This document shows positions 14,820 through 27,730 of a DNA stretch of 64,000 nt, piece by piece. The DNA comes from the human T2T-CHM13v2.0 reference genome, Homo sapiens. The stretch lies in the NCBI RefSeq assembly GCF_009914755.1, contig NC_060947.1; one strand, 5' to 3'. The notes below the pieces were generated by a model that saw only the letters and a program-made list of their open reading frames with translations, searched no databases and was not told the DNA's origin. Position 1 is the first letter of the stretch. The number at the start of each line of letters is the position of its first letter. Position numbers and translations under genes: made by a program.

Positions 14820-15083
14820 TCACCTTAACCAGGAAGTGCAAGGAATCAGGGAATTCCCTTTCCTAGTCAAAGAAAGGGGTGACAGAGGGCACCTGGAAAA
14901 TCGGGTCACTCCCACACTAATACTGTGCTTTTCCAATGGTCTTAGCAAATGGCACACCAGGAGATTATATCCCACGCTTGGCTTGGAGGGTCCTACGCCC
15001 ACAGAGACTCACTCATTGTTAGCAAAGCAGTCTGAGATCAAACTGCAAGGCGGCAGCGAGGCTGGGGGAGGGGTGCCCGCCAT
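14820..15083 (-). pseudogene. L1 ORF0 remnant with premature stop
   Basis: MAGTPPPASLPPCSLISDCFANNE* followed in frame by VSVGVGPSKPSVGYNLLV…VGVTRFSRC, matching primate L1 antisense ORF0. Confidence 0.8.
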
Positions 15084-15580
15084 TGCCGAGGCTTCAGTAG
15101 GTAAACAAATTGGCCAGGAAGCTCGAACTTGGTGGACCCCACTGCAGCTCAAGGAGGCCTGCCTGCCTCTGTAGACTCCACCTCTGGGGGCAGGGCATAG
15201 CCAAACAAAAGGCAGCAGAAACCTCTGCAGACTTAAATGTCCCTGTCTGACAGCGGTGAAGAGAATAGTTGTTCTCCCAGGACGCAGCTGGAGATCTGAG
15301 AACGGACAGACTGCCTCCTCAAATGGGTCCCTGACCCCAATTCCAGAGGAACGATCAGGCAGCAACATTTGCTGTTCACCAATATCAGCTGTTCTGCAGC
15401 CTCTGCTGCTGATACCCAGGCAAACAGGGTCTGGAGTGGACCTCCGGCAAACTCCAACACGTCTGCAGCTGAGGGTTCTGACTGTTAGAAGGAAAACTAA
15501 CAAACAGAAAGGACATCCACAACCATACCCCATCTGTACATCACCATCATCAAAGAACAAAGGTAGATAAAACCACAAAG

Positions 15581-16597
15581 ATGGGGAAAAAACAGAGCAG
15601 AAAAATTGGAAACTCCAAAAATCAGAGCACCTCTCCTCCTCCAAAAGAATGCAGCTCTTCACCAGCAATGGAACAAAGCTGGATGGAGAATGACTTTGAC
15701 GAGTTGAGAAAAGAAGGCTTCCGATGATCAAACTACTCCAAGCTAAAGGAGGAAGTTCAAACCCATGGCAAAGAAGTTAAAAACCTTGAAAAAGTTTAGA
15801 CAAAAGGCTCACTAGAATAACCAATGCAGAGAAGTCCTTAAAGGACCTGATGGAGCTGAAAACCACGGCACGAGAACTACATGATGAATGCACAAGCCTC
15901 AGTAGACGATTTGATCAACTGGAAGAAAGGGTATCAGTGATGGAAGATCAAATGAGTGAAATGAAGTGAGAAGAGAACTTTAGAGAAAAAAGAATAAAAA
16001 GAAATGAACAAAACCTCCAAGAAATATAGGACTATGTGAAAAGACCAAATCTACATCTGATTGGTGTACCTGAAAGTGACGGGGAGAATGGAACCAAGTT
16101 GGAAAGCACTCTACAGGATATTACCCAGGAGAACTTCCTCAATCTAGCAAGGCAGACCAACATTCAGATTCAGGAAATACGCAGAAGGCCACAAAGACTC
16201 TCCTCAAGAAGAGCAACTCCGAGACACATAATTGTCAGTTTCACCAAAGTTGAAACGAAGGAAAAAAATGTTAAGGGCAGCCAAAGAGAAAGGTCGGGTT
16301 ACCCACAAAGGGAAGCCCATGAGACTAACAGTGGATCTCTCGGCAGAAACTCTACAAGCCAGAAGAGAGTGGGGGCCAATATTCAACATTCTTAAAGAAA
16401 AGAATTTTCAACCCAGAATTTCATATCCAGCCAAACTAAGCTTCATAAGTGAAGGAGAAATCAAATACTTTACAGACAAGCAAATGCTGAGAGATTTTGT
16501 CACCACCAGGCCTGCCCTAAAAGAGCTCTTGAAGGAAGCACTAAACATGGAAAGGAACAACCGGTACCAGCCACTGCAAAAACATGACAAATTGTAA
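15581..16597 (+). pseudogene. L1 ORF1p, disrupted (frameshifts/stops)
   Basis: atggggaaaaaacagagc start; peptides KRPNLHLIGVPESDGENGTKLE and ARREWGPIFNILKEKNFQPRISYPAKL. Confidence 0.9.
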
Positions 16598-16660
16598 AGA
16601 CCATTGAGGCTAGGAAGAAACCGCATCAACTAACGAGCAAAATAACCAGCTAATATCATA

Positions 16661-19990
<3,330 letters not shown>

Positions 19991-21495
19991 AGACATGGAC
20001 ACAGGAAGGGGAACATGACACACCGGGGCCTGTTGTGGGGTGGGGGGAGGGTGGAGGGATAGCATTTGGAGGTACACCTAATGTTAAATGATGAGTTAAT
20101 GGGTGCAGCACCCCAACATGGCACATGTATACATATGTAACTAACCTGCACATTGTGCACATGTACCTAGAACTTAAAGTATAATAAAAAGAAAAAAAAT
20201 GAAACAACGTGGAGAACAATGGTCCCCCCAGTGGTCAAAAATAGTACCTGTAGCCCTGATTATATGGCTTAACTACACTACACTGAAATTTACAACAAAT
20301 GAGGAGACCGCCAACAGAGATGTTGTGACCTCTGTTGGTGTACATACTCACACCAAACACAACCTATTACCAGTTTTCATAAACATGAGAGCCCATAAAT
20401 TGCCACCTACAACAAAGAAACACCCATATGGTACTTTTACCTTGCACTTCTTCCTCATAGAAAACCAGACCCTAGCCACTTTCCCCTCACTGTGGACCAC
20501 TTACTCTGGAATCATCCTCAGTCTGCATTCACTCATCTCTTCAAATAAGTTGAGCAAACCATCCACAACTATCTGGAGTTAGAGGTGCCCTTATCTGTCA
20601 TCCATGTACTTTGCCCCACTAAAGGCACTGTGAAACAAACCTGGAACTACTCCCAACACCCAGAAGGTGGAACTAATCTCCATGGACTGGGTAACATCAT
20701 TGGTGATACCCAGGGAACAACCAGATCTCATACTTCTGGTTGGAGATAACCTCTAATTTTACTCCATTTTTGCGGTGCTGTCCTTGCTTAAGAAGTTACT
20801 ATGCTCACCAGTGTTGGCTACACATCAATTGCTGGATCACCCTATCTCTGATAATCTATACCCTACTGCTGACAAGGTATGTTTGGAAACAACATGCCAC
20901 AGGTTCATCACAGGGAGACACACAACATGGGTCAGTTTGGGAACAATGGGAACCACACAATTAACTATTTAGGTTGTCCAATCCTACTAACATAACCACA
21001 GACATCACCTCTGAAGTTAGCACTCCCCATCTTTTCTCTGCTACTCTTAGCAGCACTCAGTATGGCTAAGCCAGACTCTAAGATACCACTTGTGACCCGT
21101 ACAAATGCTTTCTAAGCCCTATGTACCATCATTTTCTTCAAATTAGACAAAACTCACTATTATTAACTACTGCCATTGAGTAAATAGATCAATGGGCCAT
21201 GACCTTTTGAGTTCCATTTAAGGAATGCCCAGAGACAGTATGTACCCATTATTATAACCAAGATACTTGTGATTTATGTAATCAAATTAGAAATGCTGTA
21301 TTTCAAGACAATAACAACAAACACTAAAGGATTGCCAAAACAAAATTATACTTTGTAATAATCCCTGGGATGATGATAAATGTAAACAATATAAGTCCTT
21401 ACAACTATTGGTGTCTTTTCTTATTAATTATGATGTTCTTGCTCCCCTCTAGTACAAACCCCATTTATTGAGACTCTGTGTACAACTTATTAATA

Positions 21496-21785
21496 AATAG
21501 CCTTTGCTTTCCACATTTGGGTGGTTTTTGTTATTCCAACAGTATATTATTTGGGATACCCCAGAAAAATAACATTGGGCAGAAATTTTTCCCAAATATT
21601 TCTCAAGCGTTTATTCATGGCAATTTTGGTATTTTTTAAATATTTGCAAAATTTCTAATAAATATAAGCAAGTAGTTGTCAATTTGGGTAGAGAAACTCC
21701 TATTTAGAGAGCAGTTAGAGTTCTTCATGGGATCAAATATGTTTTTAGTAGGAATTGTCTTTGCTGTTACCCTCAAGAGCTATGA
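21496..21785. repeat. Left arm of ~285 bp inverted repeat (partner 22040-22321)
   Basis: Reverse complement of 22040-22321 (gtttttagtaggaattgtctttgctg vs cagcaaagacaattcctactaaaaac). Confidence 0.93.
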
Positions 21786-22039
21786 AAATATTGTACTAAG
21801 TGGCCAGGGGCATCTTACTATGGATTTCCTCTCTGGTGGCCGATTAATTTAAACAAGTAAAGCAATATTTACTATGTAATATTACCTGGGCCAAGGCACA
21901 TCTGATAAATCAGGGACTATAATCAGCTTAAGAATTCTTCTATAGTAACCTTCTTACAATACCAACTGCAAGTTTTACATAACACTCAATGGAAGCTGGC
22001 TCTACAACAATTGCAAGACTGGCTGTCCATGGTAAATAA

Positions 22040-22321
22040 TCGTAGCTCTTGAGGGTTACAGCAAAGACAATTCCTACTAAAAACATGTTTGATCCCATGG
22101 AGAACTCCAACTGCTCTCTGCATGGTAGTTTCTCTACACAAATTGATAACTACTTGCTTGTATTTATTAGAAATTTTGCAGGGTCTGCCAAAACTGCCAT
22201 TAATAAAGTCTTGGGAAATATTTGAGGAAGATTTATGACCAATGTTACTTTTCTGGAGTATCCCAAATAGTATACTGTGGGAACAACAAAGACCACCCAA
22301 ATGTGAAAAGCAAAGGCTATT
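22040..22321. repeat. Right arm of ~285 bp inverted repeat
   Basis: Direct comparison with 21496-21785. Confidence 0.93.
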
Positions 22322-22827
22322 CAGAGCTTGCTATAGTAAGGGAGTCAACTATTGTCATCTGTGTTTTGGCAGAGACTCAATGGTGAGCAAAACAGTGAGA
22401 AAGTTTGTAGCGCGAAAAAATAAGGCTACAGCTACACACTGAATAGAGATTATTGGCATGGGGAAGATGTAGGCAGGCTAACTAGAAGTGGATCATCCTA
22501 TGCGATTAGTTAGAGGTGCATACTTGGCTTTCTCTGGTTGGATCTAAGTTGGATGCAGAGACAAGAATTAAGAAGGTAGTCAGTTATTAATCAAGTCCTG
22601 GCCATTTTGGGCTGATTGTTATAGAAATTATTGTTTATTTCCTTGAATTGTTACTAAAGATAAAAATTTGACATCCTACAAGTCTGACTTATAGCAGGCT
22701 AATGCTCTGGGCTGCTTACTGTAGTTAAGTGGGTTGGTTTCCTAGGCAAGTTGTTGAAGGTTGCGGGTCACTGTTCTACTTTTTATATATGGTCCAACCA
22801 TTGTCCATTTGTACATTCAATCTTTCA
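22276..22827 (-). mobile_element. Solo LTR (MER-class ERV LTR, family not firmly assigned) inserted in the env-like region
   Basis: TG…CA termini; gtatac at 22270-22275 and 22828-22833 as TSD. Confidence 0.75.
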
Positions 22828-23674
22828 GTATACATCCCACCATACAGGAGATAGAAACAATAATGAGAAGCCTGATATCAAAGCTAACCTGGGAAGAAAC
22901 TTATTGGTGACATCACATTGCCACCTCTAAAGAGGTCACCCTTGAACTTATTCGAGCTATACAAATGGACTCCCTAGAAAAGTTTCCCTGGAATAAAAAT
23001 GATGGAACAGGTGGCCTCCCACTAAAATTAGAACAACATCATCATAAACAGGGAAATAAATAGGCCAAATTTATAATATGATTGATGGTTATTTTTGAAA
23101 TAATTTGCCCTACCTTTGAGGATCACATATGTGAGTACTCCACAGTTCAGAATCAAATTTGGTGCATGTATAAATTAATAACTTTTTAAAAACTGCCAAG
23201 AGATACTGTGAAGCTTACTCTAGACCCATGCAAACATTCTGATGCTATTTACTACTGGCAATCACCCGGAAACTCAAGCAAGGCACACCAATCCAAATAA
23301 GGAGGAACATTCATTTGCCTAAACCTGCAGATATCTTAAGTCACAGAAACACATATAATGACAAATTTAACTGCATGTTGGACTTGCTTCTGCCAATCTG
23401 ATTCTAGCATTATGGATAGACAGGAACATGTAGCAAAGGGGTTATAATGTCACTCTACTGACTGAACAATTGAACAAATTAAAATCTGCTCCTTTTTCTA
23501 ATCGATTCCCCTGGCTTTCCTCCATTACGTGGGCAGATTGGCTATGAAAGGGTTTTGAAATCCTTGTTTGTACCCTTATAGGATTCTGTCTCCTTTATTT
23601 CTGGCAAGAAACTTAGGCACTGCAAAATAACATACAATTTTAATTATAAGACAACATTGGGCCAGGGGATGGAC

Positions 23675-24853
23675 TGTTATATGCATGAGCCAAAGATAGT
23701 CTCTATATATTGATTCTGCCAGTACCAAACTCAATTTTTTACACATCAATTGTTTTAAATATAGACCAATAAGTAGATTGTTAGCCATTTAGAGGCTGCC
23801 TTCTTTGCATGTCCCTGTGAAACTACAATCATCTGTTAGCTATAGATAGGATAAACTCCAGGAGATAAAAACCCTAACCTACTGCTGCCCTTCAGAGATC
23901 TCTGACCCAGCAACTCCCTGTCTTGCTGCTGAGAGACATCGCTACATGTATAAGCCATCTCTTTGATTCCCCTCCCTCTCTCCAGTTAGCTTGTCCTCTC
24001 ATTTTCTAGGTTGTGACCTCCCACCAGCCTCTGGAAGATCTCAGACTTTGATTAACCCCATGCCCTTGCAAACCTGTCAAAGGGTTGACCAAATGAAATT
24101 CGTATGCTTATACACTGTTGGTGGGAATGTAAATTAGTAATAATAAACACTATATATAGTTCAACCACTATAGAAAGCAGTTTGGAGATTTCTCAAAGAA
24201 CATAAAACACAACTACCATTCAATTCAGTAATCACATTATCGGGCATATATCCAGAAGAAAAGAAATCATTCAACCAAAAAGACACATACACTCATAGTT
24301 GTTTGCAGCCTTATTAACAAGAGCAATGACATGGAGTCAACTTAGGTGTCTATCACTGATATTTGCTAAAGAAAATGTGGTACATATATACCATGGAATA
24401 CAACACAGCCATAAAAACTAATGAAATAATGTCCTTTGCAGCAACATGGATGCAGCTGAAGGCCATTATCCTAAGCGAATTTACACAGAAACAGAAAACC
24501 AAATACCATATGTTCTCATTTATAAGTTGGAGCTAAAGATTGGGTACTCATCAACATAAAGGTGGCAAAAACAGACACTGGAGGACTATTAGAAGGGGGA
24601 AGAAGAAAGGGGGTCATGGGTTGAAAAACTGTTGAGTATTATGCTCACTACCTGGGTGATGAGATCATCTGTTTTCCAAACCTCAGCATCATGCAATATA
24701 CCCATATAACAAACCTGTGTATGTATCCCCAGAATCTAAAATAAAAGTTGAAATTCTAAAACAGACAAACAACAAAAACTCATTGTGTGTTACTGAAAAC
24801 GTGTGGTAGTATATATTTTTCTTGATCAGTCCCCAAATCTCTTGCACTCACTT
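23675..24853 (+). mobile_element. ERVL-class LTR (3' LTR), interrupted by an L1 3' fragment at its poly(A) signal
   Basis: Starts tgttatatgcatgagccaaagat after PPT; homologous to 9171-9976 (reverse complement); resumes at ~24775 (actcattgtgtgttactg…ttcttgat…gcactca). Confidence 0.78.
24103..24775 (+). mobile_element. L1 3' fragment (L1PA15-16/L1PB type)
   Basis: tgcttatacactgttggtgggaatgtaaattag…aatctaaaataaaagttgaa. Confidence 0.85.
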
Positions 24854-25260
24854 GTTTCCTATATTTTAATTCTACATATAAATTACACAAAACATATTAT
24901 TATTATTGTTTTACATTGTCAATATGTCTGTTTACCCACATATTTATCCTTTCTATTACTGTTCGCTTCTTGCATCTCTTCAGTTTCAGAGGAGAACCTT
25001 TCAGTATTTCCTCAGTGTGGGTGTACTGGTGATCAATTTACTCAGCACTGATTTCTGAACATGTATTTATTTTGCCTTCATTTTTGATGTACTATTTCAG
25101 TAAGTTCAGAATTCCAAATTATCAGCTTACAAATCATTAAATTCCTTAAGTGACAAACTTGTATACAATGTAAGACTCACCTCTTTGCACTTCCCTTTTT
25201 TCTGAGATCATTACTCTTGAAGTCCTCATTGCCTTTATAGGTTTCTGATGCTATATTGGT
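24854..25260 (-). mobile_element. Ancient L1ME-like ORF1-end fragment
   Basis: Reverse complement reads …aaaaatgaaggcaaaataaa…tagaattaaaatataggaaac, like L1M ORF1 end/inter-ORF. Confidence 0.55.
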
Positions 25261-25830
25261 AGCCTTTGTTGCCATAAAAGGGTTTCTTTACCTAAATTTC
25301 TGGGGTTTTTTTTCCGCAGGGCTGCTGCAATCAACTATACATTATTAGAAATGGAATTCTTTGATATCATTATAATGACTTACTGGTATTCCATTTTTAG
25401 TACCATAATTTCTTCAAATACTCTTTAGTTATTTAACATTCATTTAGTTTTCAGCTCTGTTATACTAGAACAAATTATATAATAAAAGTTATTTTAGCTA
25501 AATATTTGCACATATATCTTATTATTTCTTTAGAATATATTTCTAGAGGTAAAAATTTTTAGTTTATAGGTTTGAACAACTTCAGGGTCTTTAAAAATCA
25601 CTGTACCCTAGGTTAGGAATATCTGTTGCTAAAGCTTAGAAATATCTTAGGTTTTTTTGTGCCTCCCATTCTGAATAGGCCCCAGGCATAAAAACTGCAT
25701 TGGACTTCACAGAACCGAAACTGGTTATTCATATAAGGGATTGCTTCTCCAATTGGAGACAGAGATGGTGACACATTGTGACTGTAGCCAGTTATTTTCC
25801 CTTTCCTAAAGACGTATTAAAAAAAAGTAT

Positions 25831-26255
25831 TGGAACCAACCCAAATGCCCATCAATGACAGACTGGATAAAGAAAACATGGCACATATACACCATGGAAT
25901 ACTATGCAATAAAAAAGGATGAGTTCATGTCCTTTGCAGGGGCATGGATGAAGCTGGAAACCATCATTCTCAGAAAATTAACACAAGAACAGGAAACCAA
26001 ACACCACACGTTCTCACTCATAAGTGGGAATTGAACAATTACAACACATGGACACAGGGAGGGGAACATCACACACCAGGGCCTGTCAAGAGGTGGGGAG
26101 ATAGGGGAGGGATAGCATTAGGAGAAATACCTAATGTAGATGATGGGTTGATGGGTGCAGCAAACCACCATGGCACGTGTATACCTAGGTAACAAATCTG
26201 CACATTCTGCACATGTACCCCAAAACTTAAAGTATAAAAAAAAAGAAAAAAAGAC
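25831..26255 (+). mobile_element. L1PA (PA7-8-like) 3' fragment with A tail
   Basis: tggaaccaacccaaatgccc…aacttaaagtataaaaaa; aaaagtat repeated on both sides. Confidence 0.9.
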
Positions 26256-26479
26256 AAAAGTATACTCCCAGATTTTTGAGAAGATATAAAGAAAGACAAC
26301 ATATAATAAATGTTTGCAGCAAGATATAAACATATCAATAGAGGGTCAATAGTGGTAAGCTGAATTGTAGTGGTTGTGTGAGTGTCAGAAAGTTAGTGTT
26401 TTCCCTCTATCTCTCTTCCTCTCTCTCTCTCCCCTACTTCTAAAAACAGCCTGCCCGTCCTCTTCAGTGTTTTCTTTCT

Positions 26480-26766
26480 TACTCACTGCTGCCGTGCTAC
26501 TCTCAGTTGGAATGATTTTCTCATCCTTGTCCTTTTGGTAAATATCTACCCACTCATCTTTTTAAACATCTCCTCTTTTATGAAGCCTTTTCTGCATCTA
26601 CAGGTAGAACTGACCCTGCCATCCCCTGCATTCTTTACAAACTTCTAGAAAATTTAGCTTTACTTTTTCTCTGACTCCCATTTTTACATCGGGTGCTCCT
26701 TGATGACAAAGAGATTAACTGTAACTTCGGGATAGATGACCAGTGTTTGTTGAGTGAATGAATAAA
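26480..26766 (+). mobile_element. L2 3' fragment
   Basis: Ends gtgtttgttgagtgaatgaataaa, typical L2 terminus. Confidence 0.55.
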
Positions 26767-27389
26767 GGGATCAGGGTTGGATCTGCTCAAAAGTGCTAGA
26801 GTAATAGAGCAAAACAGAGCAGGTAACACATCCCTTAACACTCGGTATCTCAACTGACTTTCACAAAAGCTCTATTAAATGAGCAGGTGATTGTGGAGTG
26901 AAAGAATTAAACAAATTTTCAAGAGTTTTAGTGGCTTTCCCACTAAAGCCTGGGTGACTGGGAAAGTTTGGGCTGGGAATGTTGGGCTTTTCAAGCGTGT
27001 TCGAAGCTCCCTAATTGGTACTAAATTTCAGGCATTCAGACCCTCTAGGAAAGAGTTCTTTCTAGCTCACAACATTAGGGGAGGAGTTAGACACATAAAT
27101 GGAGAAAGTGATAGAAGAGACATGGTCAGGGATGGGGGTTCTACCCTTCCAGAGACAATGCACATTTTCTTTGAAACAGCTTCGGGAAAACTGCAAATCT
27201 CAATGATATTTACCAATTTTGAGAATCTATTAAGTGCCTGGCACTCTGTGTAGAAGCCCTCCAATCGTACCCTAAATCTGAGAAGTATTTATTATTATTT
27301 CCATTTTTACTCCCTAATGCATCTACTCTAAGCTCCTTGCTTCACCCTACCAAAGTTTCCCTTCTGCTAGTGCTCTCCTTTGGTGCAGA

Positions 27390-27730
27390 ACCACCGCATC
27401 CACTTTCTCAGGCCCAGGGGAGGGGCGGGGCGGGGCGATTTCGCCTTGCCGCAGAGCCAGTCTGCGCCTGCGCGGACTGCGGCAGAGGGCGGGGTGTGAG
27501 AAGCAGAGTACAGTGAGACTAGCATTCACTGCTGGCCAGTGCCTGCCTTTTTCACCACCTCTAATTTCAGCTTCAGCAGTTGCTTGGAACTTTGGTTCTG
27601 GCAGCAGCAGCAACATCATTACCGCTAGCGGCAGTTTTGTGCCGAGGCACCTACACACCTCCCGTCCTCTCTGCCAGATCGCGGGCCTGTCGGTGTCTGC
27701 TCCTACACGCCAACGCCGGTGGGCAGGACC
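27390..27730 (+). promoter_or_regulatory. CpG-island promoter/5' UTR of MAGEE1 with tandem GC boxes and NRF1-like site
   Basis: Abrupt CpG-rich segment; ggggcggggcggggc (27422-27436), another GC box ~27487; TGCGCCTGCGCG at 27463-27474; no ATG seen between ~27480 and 27730. Confidence 0.8.

Larger units (their letters stand above)
20210..23674 (+). mobile_element. ERV internal 3' half: integrase C-terminal part followed by env-like region, ending in a polypurine tract
   Basis: WSKIVPVALIIWLN integrase-like helix (~20230-20275); Trp-rich then hydrophobic TM-like stretch WADWL*KGFEILVCTLIGFCLLYFW (~23530-23605); ERVL-type PPT aggggatggac directly before TG at 23675. Confidence 0.6.

Noticed and set aside
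15009-15731. 240-aa minus-strand ORF
   Set aside because: Antisense of the L1 5' UTR/ORF1 start; only its last 24 aa correspond to ORF0
27719-27730. ORF-track start of MAGEE1 at GTG giving 961 aa
   Set aside because: Artefact of allowing GTG starts; the first ATG in Kozak-like context (accATG) is at 27731
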